From the NCBI RefSeq assembly GCF_006345805.1, contig NC_042999.1, positions 7,316,001 to 7,380,000 on the forward strand: 64,000 nucleotides of DNA, given 5' to 3'. Of the stretch, positions 1-13,070 are shown one piece after another (the first letter of the stretch is position 1; the number at the start of each line of letters is the position of its first letter). Under the pieces are notes generated by a model. It was not told the origin of the DNA. It was given only the letters and a program-made list of their open reading frames with translations, and ran no database searches. The DNA is from Octopus sinensis. Taxonomy: Eukaryota. A program made the position numbers and the translations under genes.

Positions 1-95
1 ACGTACACACACGCACACACAACCTCCCCCACATATTAATATATATATATATATATAATATAAATAATATATATGTATGTATATGACGGCAATCC

Positions 96-156
<61 letters not shown>

Positions 157-472
157 GATAGATATAAATATATATATACATATATACAAATATATATGTC
201 TTTGTGCGTGTGTGTGTATGTGTAGGTATGTATGTATTTTTGCATTTATGTATATGTGTCTGTGCGTGTGCAAACTTTATAACTTCTAATCGACAGGAAG
301 TTATAAATCTAACTCAAAGACCCTGAGTTCTCTGCGCATCACAGACTGACAGGTTTGGTAAGTGCCATCGACGAAATCTGTGTCAGACCGGAATGTTTCT
401 GTCGATTAAAATGAAAAACAAAAACTATGTGCTGGAACGACAGATTTCAACCACACTCAAACAGGCAAAGAA

Positions 473-525
<53 letters not shown>

Positions 526-852
526 AGATTGAGTGGGAGAGAGAGAATGAGGGTAAGAGAGAAAGAGAGCGATCGCGATGCAGATAAACAAATAAACAAG
601 CTTGTGCTTGATGTAGAAAGTATACATGCTTATATAGAAGACGGAACTGAAAGAAGCCCGTCGTATGTATATATACATACATACATATATACATATACAT
701 ATACAACACACACATTTCTACACATGAACCCGGAGTTTCTACCCTTGACAGGTCGCTTCAACCGTGTTTTCTGACGTGAATTTGCTACCCAGGTTTCGGT
801 TAAACGAATTTTCCATGCTGACGATAAACATAGGATTATTCATTCACCTACT

Positions 853-1512
853 GAAATATATATATTGTAAATTGAAACTAACAAGGTAGTCAAAATGTTG
901 GATGGTTATATATACTTTTATTTACATTTTTAGCACTTTCTTTCGTTATCAAATTTATCAAAAAAGTGGTTTACAGTGAGTTTGCTTCGCATATTTTTCC
1001 TATAAAATTGAAACTGATGATTTTTAGAAAGGGAGAGAGAGAGATAGAGAGAGACATGGGGAGGGGAGAGAGGAACAAAATAAGAAAGGAAAGTGAAGGC
1101 GTGAGAGAAAAGGAGAGAGTGGGTGATAGTGAAGACAAAGAAGAGAAAAGAAAGTAGTAGGAGTGTGTTTTAGGATTGTCGCAAACCCCTATAAACAAGA
1201 ATACAATCCCAAAACACACTCCTTAATTCTTCTCTCTTCTCTATCTTCACTATCTCCCACTATCTCCTCGTCTCTCACTCCTGCACCTTCCTTTCAATTT
1301 TATCCTCTCCCTCAACCTCATCCCCTCTCTCTCCCTTTCTAATACATCAATTTCAATTTTATATAAAAACACTAAGCAAACTTACTGTAAACCACTTTGA
1401 TAAATCCGATAACGGAAGAAAGCGCTAAAAAATGTAAATAAAAATATATATTTAATCATTTAACATTCTGACTATTTGTTATTCTAAATATACAATATCT
1501 GTATATCACTTC
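853..1512. repeat. Old imperfect ~660-bp palindrome (fold-back element)
   Basis: Arm matches: GGAGTGTGTTTTAGGATTGT / ACAATCCCAAAACACACTCC; TTACAGTGAGTTTGCTT / AAGCAAACTTACTGTAA; TTTACATTTTTAGC / GCTAAAAAATGTAAA. Central loop ~1180-1202. Confidence 0.85.
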
Positions 1513-1589
1513 AAAAACTCTCTCTCCACGCACACACACACACATACATATACACACACACACACAAACACACATACACACAGACATAA

Positions 1590-1800
1590 CATGTATTTGT
1601 GTTCGTTTGTATTTCTCCCTCCACCGTCGCTTGACAACCGATGTTGGTGTGCTTACGTCCCCGTAACTCAGCGGTTTGGCAAAGAGAATATGTACTAGGC
1701 TTACAAAGAATAAGTCCCGGGGTGGATTTCTTCGACCAAATGTGGTGCTCCAGCATGGCCGCAGTCAAATGACTGAAACAAGTAAAAGAATATAAGAATA
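1590..1800 (+). mobile_element. SINE family 1, 3' half
   Basis: CGCTTGACAACCGATG...GTGCTCCAGCATGGCCGCAGTCAAATGACTGAAACAAGTAAAAG matches the full copy at 62979-63406. Confidence 0.85.
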
Positions 1801-1840
1801 AAAAAATAATAGAATACATACAAATATATACATATATAGA

Positions 1841-2238
1841 TTCTTTTACTTTTCTTCTTTTGTTTCAGTCATTTGACTGCGGCCATGCTGGAGCACCACC
1901 TTTACTCAAGCAAATCGACTCCACGACTCATTCTTCCTAAGCCCAGCACTTATTCCATCAGTCTCCTTGCAGAACCCCCAAGTCACAAGGACGCAAACAC
2001 ACCAGTATCGGTTGTCAGGCGATGTTGGGGGACAAACACACACACACACATACACACACACACAGACGCACATATATACATATATATACGACAGGCTTCT
2101 TTCAGTTTTCGTTTACCAAATCCACTCTCAAGGCTTTGGTCGGCCCGAGGCTATAGGAGAAGACACTTGCCCAAGGTGCCAAACCCGGAACCATGTGGTT
2201 GGTAAGCAGCCTTACTACCACATAGCCACTCCTGCGCC
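1841..2238 (-). mobile_element. SINE family 1 (tRNA-derived, CORE-like, internal microsatellite), full length
   Basis: Reverse complement starts GGCGCAGGAGTGGCTATGTGGTAGTAAG and contains GGCACCTTGGGCAAGTG, an internal TA/CA tract and the family tail. Resembles the described octopus tRNA-derived SINEs; exact family name not assigned. Confidence 0.9.
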
Positions 2239-2256
2239 TATATGTATGTATATATA

Positions 2257-2603
2257 AATTAAGAGAATGAGATAAGAATCCAAGGCAGTGAAAGATTTCA
2301 GAAGATTTATAAAGAGGTCTTACAGCTGTTTCCGAGATATGTTATATATCCCTTCATCTGAGACGGTGTGAGAAAATGGTTAAGCAATAGTTATTCTAGA
2401 TATGATATGAAAGAGAGAGTGATGTGGAGGAATGAAACCGACGAGAGATATGCAGGGATACTTTATCTGCAGTTGCATTATTTAGGCAGAATGGTATACA
2501 TATAAGATTCCTGTACCCTGTGTGTAAGTTCCAATAGTATGTAACATTGACCATTCTAAGAATAGAGTTTGTAAACGGTGTTATATAATCGATGGTTTTT
2601 AAA

Positions 2604-2606
<3 letters not shown>
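2257..2606 (-). mobile_element. PLE terminal-repeat-like element with hammerhead
   Basis: Homologous to 55220-55860, flanked by TA repeats, contains the HHR motif at 2317-2364. Confidence 0.65.
2317..2364 (-). ncRNA. Type I hammerhead ribozyme, core mutated (CAGAUGA)
   Basis: Reverse complement: GTCT-CAGATGA-AGGGATATATAACATATCTCG-GAAAC-AGCT-GTA-AGAC; stem I GUCU/AGAC, palindromic loop III. Confidence 0.7.
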
Positions 2607-2650
<44 letters not shown>

Positions 2651-2910
2651 ACCGGTGTTGTTCAAACGATGAATAGCTTCGCGTAAACCATGGTCCGTTT
2701 TGTTCTCTTACTTTATCCTCTTATAATCAACTCATAATAATTACTTTTATGACTCGTATTACTACCTCAGTCAATCTAAATGTATAAATTTGTCGTTACC
2801 TGTCATAAATAGCCATTTTAAAAATTTGCAATGTGCATTTTCGTTGATCTTTCATATTTTACCCTTACATTTCCACGTGTATTTTATATTTTCTTTTCAT
2901 AACATATTTC

Positions 2911-2952
<42 letters not shown>

Positions 2953-2953
<1 letters not shown>

Positions 2954-3231
2954 GAGGCGCAATGGCCTAGTGGTTAGGGCAGCGGACTCGCGGTCGCAGG
3001 ATCGCGGTTTCGATTCCCAGACCGGGCGTTGTGAGTGTTTATTGAGCGAAAACACCTAAAAGCTCCACAAGGCTCCGGCAGGGGTTGGTGATCCCTGCTG
3101 TACTCTTTCACCACTCTTTCTTCTGTTGGCCTGCTCGCTTAGCCAGCGGGGTAGCGTCATTCGAAGGCTAAAACAATGCGAACGCATTGTGACCAGCGAT
3201 GTGTAACACCATCTGATGGTCTGGTCGGTCA
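2953..3231 (+). mobile_element. SINE family 3 (tRNA-like head) with RTE-like 3' tail
   Basis: GGAGGCGCAATGGCCTAGTGGTTAG (A box), GGTTTCGATTCCC (B box), central GCTCCGGCAGGGG...GTACTCTTTC, and a tail similar to 53315-53364. Confidence 0.9.
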
Positions 3232-3274
3232 AAAAAAAAAATATATATATATATATATGTATGTATGTATACTG

Positions 3275-3520
3275 GTAGGTAGTGCGAGTGTGAGCGTCTG
3301 CGAATTTGTATAGATGTTTGTATATAGACATATGCACCTACAGTTTACGAAAGATTCTATAGTCTTTTTTGTAACTTCTCCGTCCGACTCGATGACACCT
3401 CATCGGTATCTGTAAAACATAACATGTCATATGACAGCCTTGATATTTAAATAATACTTAGCATTTTGTGACTGTCACATGTGAAATGATGCATCAGAAA
3501 GTTATTTTTCGAAGAATTAT
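3275..3520. repeat. Unclassified dispersed repeat, second copy at 6610-7090
   Basis: Shared CATATGCACCTACAGTTTACG, GACACCTCATCGGT(A/G)TCTGTAAAACA and GTGACTGTCAC...TCAGAAAGTTATTTT. Confidence 0.8.
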
Positions 3521-3847
3521 GTAAGTTTTGATATATTTTAAAAAACTGGAATCGAGCTACGAATGATTCGATCAATTTTTTCATAATGCCAACATTAGAG
3601 TAACTTTAGTTATTCAAAAACTGAAAACCTTTGTCAATTTAATAATATTTTAATATTTTCTTAGTGTTTTCATTTTCCCGTATCTTTCTAAAATGAAATG
3701 CTGGCTTCTAAAAAAAACACACTGAAATTATTTGAATGGGTGCGCTGCGAGAGTTACCAAGCGCCATTTTTCTCACGTTGAGAATGCAGAGCATGTAGAT
3801 GTATGCTTTCTCTTAAGCATGTACACACACAAACACACACATGCATG

Positions 3848-3878
<31 letters not shown>

Positions 3879-4109
3879 GTATATATATACATACATATAT
3901 TTATGCATATATATATATGTAAATATATATGTGTATATGTGTGTGTGTATGTGTGTGTGCGTGGTTGGGTGTATGCATACATATATATGTATATAAATGT
4001 GTATATATATATATATATATATATTTACATACATATACACACACACACTTGCATATACATATATATGTATGCATGTATATATATATATGTGTGTGTGTAT
4101 GTATGTATG

Positions 4110-4158
<49 letters not shown>

Positions 4159-5221
4159 GTAATATATATGTATAAATGTATATATATATATATATATATA
4201 TACATACATACATATATATATATATATATGTATATATAATATATATATATATATATAATATATATAATGTATATAATATATATATATGTATATATATTAT
4301 ATATGTATATATATATATGTATATATATATGTATATATAATATATATATGTATATATTATGTATATATATGTATATATTATATATGTATATATATAATGT
4401 ATATATATATATGTGTGTGTATATATATATATGTTATATATATATGTGTGTGTATATATATATATGTATAATATATGTATATATATATATATATACATAT
4501 GCATTAACGCATGTATGCTTTTTTTCTTCTGATGTGTGATTGTGTGTAGTTGTTGTTTCGTCCTCTAATAAAAGACAATGAATCATAATGATATTGAATG
4601 CGAGTTGGTCTCATCGTTCTTATTCTTTGCTTTTGATGAAGATGGTATTTGAAATTTAAATAAGAAAAGAAAATTGTTATCTCATAAAGGCTTTTAAATT
4701 TGGAATATTTTAAACATCAAAGGAAACACAGAATGTAAATCTCAATTTTTTACTTCTTAATATGTACCTACTTTCAAATATATAAGCCATCCGTTTTAAT
4801 ATCGATTGTGGAGTTACGTGATTTCGTCACTACAGTGTTAGCTTCACGTTGGTAAGGTCGCCGTTTCGATTCGTGTACCATACCGCGTTAGAGCTCTGGA
4901 GAAATTCACATCACTTCCCTTTGCTCGAGTGTGTGATAGTATTCCACCACCATCGTTGGTGGAGAAGTTGGCGTCTATTATTCTTCGTGACTATATAGTC
5001 ATTTAAAAGGAACTAATGGAAGTTTGGTAGATGTGACTTGGTCATTCTCTTTTGCGGGTGAGTGCTAAGTCATACTGCATTTCAGTGAGGAAGCTGCTTT
5101 GCTCGAGGAACAGGATCATTCGGTACGTCTCCAATCTTTAGCATCTGCTCTGTTTCCGCCTTTAGGAGTGGGGCATAGTTTACCTTCTTTTTAATTTCTT
5201 TAAAGTTTGTTGAATATAGTG

Positions 5222-5510
5222 AAGGCGCAATGGCCCAGTGGTTAGAGCAGCAGACTCGCGGTCGGAGGACCGCGGTTTCGATTCCCAGACCGGGCATGAT
5301 GTTCCGGCAGGGGTGGTGGAGACCCCTGTTGTACTCTTTCGGCCAAACTTTCTTTCACTCTCTCTTCCTGTTTCTTGAGTAAGGCTACGATGGACTGGCG
5401 TCCCGTCCAGCTGGGGGGTGGGGAACACATACGCCATAGAAACTGGAAAACTGGACCCACGAGCCTGGCTAGGCTTGAAAAGGGCGCATAAAAAATTGTT
5501 GAATATATGG
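5222..5510 (+). mobile_element. SINE family 3, different 3' tail
   Basis: Same head and core as 2953; tail GATGGACTGGCGTCCCGTCCAG...GGCTTGAAAAGGGCGC. Confidence 0.85.
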
Positions 5511-6771
5511 GAGATCCCCCCCAAAACTGCGTTTTTATCGGGGCTTTCTTCAATGTGTTTAAAAGTGTCTGTTGAAAAGTACCCAGGGCACGTCGCTGAA
5601 TTCCTATCCATTGCCGACATTACATGCTCCACTTTCATAAGTCATATAATCATTGTGTGTCTGACCCCAATCAGGCTGTATTGTCCCCCTCTATGTTTGG
5701 GCCCTTGTGGCTAATAAAGAAATTGGATATAATTGATCGGTGATTCTTCCTTGTGCAGACCTACGGTATTGAATATCACATCAGGGCTAGTTAGATATTT
5801 CTTCTTCGTAGGGAAACGGAAACACTTTGTAACTGTTAATTTAGTAATCCATTTATCATAATAAATTCAGCGGTCAGTGAACAATATTCTTCAAACAGCT
5901 GCACCCTGTAATGTAGCGCACCATGGCAGATTCTTTTGCCAATCTGTAGGCCTTGAGTTAGTTTTCGGCTTCCCTCGTTTACCTTTCTTCCTTCCTCTTT
6001 CCATGGGGCGGTATGAGTGATTTCTCATGCTATGAAACTTAAAGATCTGGACAACTTAAATTCTTCATATATCTGTTTGTGTAAAAGTCACCTGAAGATG
6101 GCGGATGTTGTCATGATGTAATCTAAAAACTTATCAATAAACTGCCCTGTTCTTCTTTCATACACGCGCTACACTTGAAACAATCCCGAGAGTGTATCTG
6201 CAGCTTACATTGGATCGGGTACCTATATATGTATATTTATCTATGTGTACATAGATATATTGTGATGTAATCTTTGGACCAACAATGTTTGCGGCTGAAG
6301 AGAGCTTTAAACCATCTTTTATATCAAAAATACACTGACGTAATAACGGATTGTTTATAAAGCTTGAAACACGTGTACCGCGATATCCTTTGTGTTCTGT
6401 TTTTAACTTATATTTGATATATACTCTCTCAGCTCTGCCACTATCTGGCATATACAGGTGCTTACACTTATCAAGTATTCACTCTAAATTTACAGTACCA
6501 GTGTGTACACTTATATAGATTGACATGTGGACATGTATATGCATACTTGCAGTATACAGATATCTAAAGACAACAGAATATTGCAAACCCCGGTGCCGGG
6601 CCTTTCCTGCCGTCATATAAATTCGTAGGGAGTGCGAGGATCAGCGTCTGTATAGTTGTATATAAGTTTCTATAAACACATATGCACCTACAGTTTACGA
6701 TCGACACTAGAGTTTTTATGTAACCTGTTTGTTCAACACGACGACACCTCATCGGTGTCTGTAAAACAAAG

Positions 6772-6987
6772 GCGGCGAGCTGGCAGAAATGTTAGCACGC
6801 CGGGCGAAATGCGTAGCCGTTACGTTCTGAGTTCAAATTAAGCCGAGGTCGACTTTGCCTTTCATCCTTTCGGGATCGATAAATTAAGTACCAGTTACGC
6901 ACTGGAGTCGATATAATCGACTTAATTCGTTTGTCTGTCCTTGTTTTTCCTGTTTGGCCCCCTTGTGAGTAGTACAGAAATAGGTAT
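6772..6987 (+). mobile_element. SINE family 2 with TSD TCTGTAAAACA
   Basis: GGCGGCGAGCTGGCAGAA...GAGTTCAAAT...GGTCGACTTTGCCTTTCATCCTTTCGGG...AAATAGGTA, flanked by a direct repeat; empty homologous site near 3405. Confidence 0.9.
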
Positions 6988-7748
6988 CTGTAAAACATAA
7001 TATGTCATATGACAGCCATGAGATTTAAATACTACACAGTATTTTGTGACTGTCACGTGTCAAATGATGCGTCAGAAAGTTATTTTGGGGAATACCTTCA
7101 TTCTAATGAGTCCTGCTGCTGAACAGTACACACACACACTCACACACATACATACACAAACACACACATGTGTACATATACGAGTGCGTGTTTTAGTGTG
7201 TGTGTGTGTTTTCGTTTGTTGGGAGCCTCACTAGACAGGTTCACTCGAATACATGGCAGCCTTATTTTTCGGCTGTAGAGTCGAAAAGTATCGTCGCATG
7301 ACATTAACGCCCAGACATGGCGAGAGCGAAGAACCTACAAAATTCCTAACCCTAAACACGTGATCATCCTCGGGCAATCAAAACATATCCAAGACATATA
7401 TTGATTCGAGCCATGTTCTCTCTAAAAAAAAACAAGAGAATTTTTTGCATATCAGCCGGAAGCAAGGCGGATGCAGAATAGTTCCACGTCCTTCTCTCTG
7501 AACTTTTGAAAATAGTAGCACTTAACTCATCATTCTACTCTACTTAAGTGGATAAGAGCAATGTGAAATGAAGTATTTTGCCCTCAAGAATACAATGCAT
7601 TCATCAGATCAGGATTTGAAACGACAATCTTGCCAACATGAGTGTAACACCCTAAACACGCTCCTCCACAACCATATACATATATACATACATACATACA
7701 TACATACATACATACATACATACACACATACATGCATACATACACACA

Positions 7749-7841
<93 letters not shown>

Positions 7842-8121
7842 GTATATATATATAATTAATCAATATAGGGTGGCAAAAAATTTTGTAGAATTTTTTGCCA
7901 CCAGCGGCCTAGTGGGAAAAAATTAAATAGTCATAGACCATTTTTAAGTTCAACATCACAATCGGTGCATCGTATAAGAAATTACAGGGTAAATGTTTTT
8001 TAATTTTCTCCTGGTTTACGGAATTAATGTTATTTTGCGGTTGAAGCTTTGGCTGTTATTTCTAGTGGGTGAATGGCCTATTATGGCCGTTCCTTGATTG
8101 TGATGTATATATATATATATA

Positions 8122-8368
8122 TTGGGTTGGTGCATAGTAATTGCGGCTTTTTTTCCAGAATTTCGATTCAACAAAAACAATAACAATATTTAACAAAAAC
8201 GTCTTTAAATGACGGTATGACCGTCTACCAAGCAAATGGGGAGCAGTAAATGAAGTAGATAGTGAATATGCTCCAGAATAATCATTTAAAGATGTTTTTG
8301 TTACATGGTGTAATCGCTTTTGTTGAAAAAAATTTGTTGAAAAAAAGCCGCAATTACTATGCACCAAC

Positions 8369-8372
<4 letters not shown>
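8122..8372 (+). mobile_element. Mariner-derived MITE in TA microsatellite
   Basis: TIRs TTGGGTTGGTGCATAGTAATTGCGGCTTT / AAAGCCGCAATTACTATGCACCAACCCAA, TA on both sides; internal remnant reads roughly RLPSKWGAVNEVDSEY, like a mariner C-terminus. Confidence 0.9.
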
Positions 8373-8463
<91 letters not shown>

Positions 8464-9199
8464 AGAGACCTGTATTGATAGATATATAGATAGATTCCCG
8501 ACATTTGGTTTCCATAAAAAGAACTTGTGTTATATCTATTAAGGTTTGATGCCAGATTTCCCAGAAAAAAAATTGTCTGGAATTCTCTACGGGTGACAGC
8601 CAAAATCTTCCTGATAAGCATAAATTCTCCATTTATTTTATAGCCTCCAGCCTGAAAGGAAATTGCGTTGAGAACCGGCTGTGTCTGTATTTTGTTCAGA
8701 TAACGATACTAAGGAATATATAAATAATTATTTACTTCGAGCTTAAGTATGCAAACCATAAATGTGTTCTTCATCCTTCGATATTTCAGGTGATAATGCT
8801 TCAAATCCTGCTAGTGTTTCTCGGAACACATTTTGGTAGAATTTAACCAAGATTCTTTTAAGAATCAGAAAAATAAAAATCAATGTTTAGATAATAATTC
8901 TGGTCAATAACAATTCACCCGGTCATCCGTAGTGTCGTCTGTTGCTAATATATCAAAATTTTATTACCAATAGTGTCACGTATTAATACGGTAAATACAG
9001 ATACGGGGGTATTAGAAGGAATGCGATATGCATAAATATTATTTTGAATTTAAATCTTCATTCAAATCTATAGCAGAATTCTTCGAATGACTGATTCAAA
9101 ATTCGGTTACATTTTGCTTGTTTCACTCTGAGAATGATGGAAAATTCTTACGGTTGTCTTTCAGAATCTATCTTTCAATTATTTGCCTTAGTTTAGAAG

Positions 9200-9478
9200 T
9201 GGCACTCCGTCGGTTACGACGACGAGGGTGCCAGTTGATCCGATCAACGGAACAGCCTGCTCGTGAAATTAACGTGCAAGTGGCTGAATACTCCACAGAC
9301 AGGTGTACGTTTAACGTAGTTCTCGTGGGGAGATTCAGCGTCACACAGAGTGTGACAAGGCTGGTCCCTTTGAAATACAGGTACAAGTGAAACAGGAAGC
9401 AAGAAGGAAAGAAAGTTGTGGTGAAAGAGTACAGCAGGGTTCGCCACCACACCCTGCCGGAGCTTTGTGGAGGTTCCT
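9200..9478 (-). mobile_element. SINE family 3, headless, third tail type
   Basis: Reverse complement has the core GCTCCGGCAGGGTGGTGGCGAACCCTGCTGTACTCTTTC, then a distinct tail ending CGTCGTCGTAACCGACGGAGTGCCA. Confidence 0.8.
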
Positions 9479-9965
9479 GGTCGATATAATATGTACCAGT
9501 GGAGTACTGGGGTCGATGTACTCAACTAGTCTCCTCCCCTAAAATTGCTGGCAACGTGCCAAAAGTTGAAATCAATATACTACTGTGATTAAATCAGTAA
9601 AAGCTTTTAAGTTCTATTGTTGACGGTTTCGCCAACTATTATTAATTTGGTTGAATCCCTGGAGGGCCTGAACCGTCAAAACTGTGGAGAAGTTATTCAT
9701 GTTCGTGACTTTTGTCAAGGAATACGAAAAGAATCTGTGGAGTTTCCTGGCACCACCGCCAAAATACGTTGCAAATTTACATCTGTAAAACATGTTCAAC
9801 TCGTGACTCACTTCTTCAGTTCTACCAAACAACTACGCGATAAAAAAAAAATAATGCAAGGAACAAACATAAAAGAATAATGGAACTCGACATCTCAATG
9901 GTAGACATAATGCAGGAATTGTAGTTTCTGATTTGTTCTCATGAGTAATGTTGGAATTTAAGGTA

Positions 9966-10382
9966 TAGGCTTGGTTGTTTGGTAAGAAGTTTGCTTCCCA
10001 ACCACATGGTTCCGGGTTCAGTCCCATTGCGAAGTACCTTGGGCAAGTGTCTCCTACTATAGCCTTGTGAATGGATTTGGTGTGCAGAAACTGAAAGACG
10101 GCGAGCTGACAAAAACGTTAGCACGCCGGGCGAAATGCGTAGCCGTATTTCGTCTGTCGTTACGTTCTGAGTTCAAATTCCGCCGAGGTCGATATTGCCT
10201 TTCATCCTTTCGGAGTCGATTAAATAAGTACCAGTTACGCACTGGGGTCGATATAATTGACTTAATCCGTTTGTCTGTCCTTGTTGTTCCCCTCTGTGTG
10301 TAGCAGCTTGTGGACAGTACAGAAATAAGAAACTGAAAGACGCTCGTCGTGCACACACACACACACACACACACACCACACA

Positions 10383-10423
<41 letters not shown>

Positions 10424-10625
10424 ACACATATATGTACGTGTGTGTGTATGTCTTTTTGTCTGTGTTTGTTCCCCACCACCGCCTGACAGTTACTGCTGGT
10501 CTGTTTACTCCTCCGCAACCAAGCGTTTCAACAAAAGACTCCGAAAGATTAAGTACCAGACTAAGATTTTTAGGGTGGTGCCCCAGCATGGCCGAAATAT
10601 GTAGCACATTAAATATAAAAGATAA
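9966..10625 (+). mobile_element. SINE family 1 interrupted by a SINE family 2 copy (10097-10328)
   Basis: Family-1 halves on both sides; GAAACTGAAAGACG is duplicated at the two junctions (TSD). Confidence 0.85.
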
Positions 10626-11619
10626 AAGATGGCAGGTACCAATTATTTTCAGACACCAATTTTGAAATAACTTTAAGTTTGCCTTCTTAACTCTTTAAGT
10701 ACCTAAAGTTACTCGTTGTTAATGTCAGATTTAAATGCTTGAATGCATTTAATTTAGATTAAAATCCTGACCTCTACTCATATCTTCTCTGCGGATGTTG
10801 ACTTAAGATTTTGTACCAAACCTTAAAGACATCTATCTTACTGGTTTTCAAGAGCCTGGAAGGGCCGTGGACACTGCTTTGCTCCAGACGCAGCAGACTG
10901 AGAAAGTAACTATTTGCATGCATTTATTGGTTTCAAATCTTGGCACGAGGGCTGCAGGTTAGAGGGATGGGGTAAATCGATTACATCGACCTCAGTGTTC
11001 AACTAGTACTTATTTTATCGGCCCCGAAAATAATGAAGGGCAAACTCAAATTCGGTTAAATTTGAACTCAGAACCTAAAGACAGGCGAAATGTCGCCAAG
11101 CATTTTGCTCGGCGTGTTAATGATTCTATCAGATTGCTGCCTTTTTGGTTTTGGAATATATTAATCTTTGTTTTCTTTCGACTTGGATATTAAATTTTTT
11201 ACATTAACCTAAAAGATTACTCAGTACTCTTCAGTAAAGTACATATTTTTCATAAAGTACAGTCTGATAATTGCCAGCCAACCGAAACATCGTAGTCGCC
11301 GTAAGTATTTACGTTGTGACGTCAATTATTTTTTCTCATGTGTGTGTATGTGTGTGAGCGTGTGTGCGCATAAGTATGCACATATATATATATATATATA
11401 TATCTTTCTGTATATAAATACATACATATAGACACACATACACTCAAATATGCATTTGTGCGTTTGTGTACGCTGTATATACATAATTCATTCACACAAC
11501 ACACACACACATGCATATGCGTTATTTCAATGCGCTTTATCAGAAGATGTCGTCGCTGACAAATGAGGTGAAAACTAATAATCTGTATTATTTTAGCTGC
11601 TCAAATGTCATTCCAATAT

Positions 11620-13070
11620 AACAATTTTGTGAATGGCATCGTAATAACATTCAAGTCATATCAGCAAAGATCACATTTCATAGCTGCTCTTTCAATCTTT
11701 GTTTATTAATGTGCCACTTAAGATCACTTGGCGTTCACCGCAAACTGGATTATTCCGTCGCATTTTGAATATTTGGGTCAGCGCTTAATTCTAGCTTCTG
11801 CTTGTAATGTATCTGTCATAACGAGTCAAGTTGGAGTTTATTCTTTTTCATCTAAACATTAACTGATCTGTTTTTTTAACAGTCTAAGGCAGATCTCTTA
11901 AATACAACTGGCGCCCGTTGCTTCCATACCTTAACTGTGTATCTTCCTATGAACGAGACATTTCAGACAATGACTGTTTCAACGAATATTCCCATTCCAT
12001 AATAATTTGAGCAACCTTGCCTTGTTAGAGATGTTCTGTGTATCTTATAACATCATTAAAGTGTTGTCATTCAAAGTGGTCGTCTGGCAGGATCATTAGA
12101 GCATTGGATAAAATGTTTTGCGATATTTCGTCCGGTTCTTGACATTCTAAGATCAAATCCAGCCGAGGTCATCACTTGCCTTTTATTTCGCCGAAAGTGA
12201 TAAAATAAAAAAAAAAACAATCTAGAACTGGAGACGATAGTATCCACAACACTCACAGCATTCAAATCATTCTTCTTGCATCTAAATCAGAAACATGAGT
12301 TTAGTCTTTTCTTCACACAGATTTATTGGATTCCAGCTGTGACGTCACTTGATTTTTAGACATCGGTGGGTAGAATTTACACAAGATTTGACTATTATTC
12401 TAACAGGACAAGAGTCGTTGGAGGCAACTGATTTGCTCGATGTTGGTAAATGTTTTCCAGGCTTCTGCTTCATTATGATAAGTTCTTCATTGTGTTGTTA
12501 TCTCTAGTTAGGAACCGTGGCAATTCTAGTCCCTTTTAGAATTAGGAAATATCGATATACCGAAATCCCTTTTCAAAATGAAGAGGTAAAAATAATCTTT
12601 TCATAGCAAAGAATGTTTTGTAGTTCTAGATCTTCAGCTGTATAACGGGAAAGAGACATAGGAAAGATGTTTTCATGTATCCGTAAATCTGGGGAACAGA
12701 GTGAACAATAGAATCTAACGTTTATATAATCTTCGCCAATTCTTGTTAATATATCATTGTACTTCCCGAACAAGGATCAACATTCATTTTGCATAATAAC
12801 AGCCCCTAGAATCAATGACATTTCAGATAAACAATGCTCCTCTGTGGCAGTATAGCAGAAAGTTCCTGATGGTCACTGGAGCATGGCGAAAATAAAACGC
12901 CGATTGAGGTTGTGGCCTTTTAAATCTATTGATTTGTAGAACCGTTTCAGACAATTGATGAGGTCAATGAAAAGGTTCTGTAATTCTTAATTAGTTGTCA
13001 CTGGATTACTGAATCACGACCAACCACTTCACCATATTGTAGGTTGTCGAGAGTATTCTTCCTTTCGTTT
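11620..13070 (-). pseudogene. Highly decayed RTE-like LINE RT remnant, interrupted by a SINE (12065-12185)
   Basis: Reverse-strand fragments NLFIDL..., KVWKQR and AEDLELQNIL loosely follow RT motif order; many stops and frameshifts. Confidence 0.4.

Noticed and set aside
297-357. AG...GTAAGT-bounded 61-nt candidate exon (+)
   Set aside because: Stop codons in all three frames.
2953-3025. tRNA gene-like sequences (also 5222, 15340-15410, 17240-17310)
   Set aside because: They are SINE heads continuing into SINE cores; no complete acceptor stem was seen.
6089-6115. CTGAAGATGGCGG hammerhead-like start
   Set aside because: No GAAA or stem III downstream.
6158-6451. 97-aa ORF with YIY...YIG resembling GIY-YIG
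   Set aside because: The motif comes from TA-rich low-complexity DNA, the spacing is short, and there are no PLE-type CxxC or downstream motifs.
7868-7901. Short hairpin GGTGGCAAAAAA...TTTTTTGCCACC resembling a transposon end
   Set aside because: No partner terminus or TSD found.
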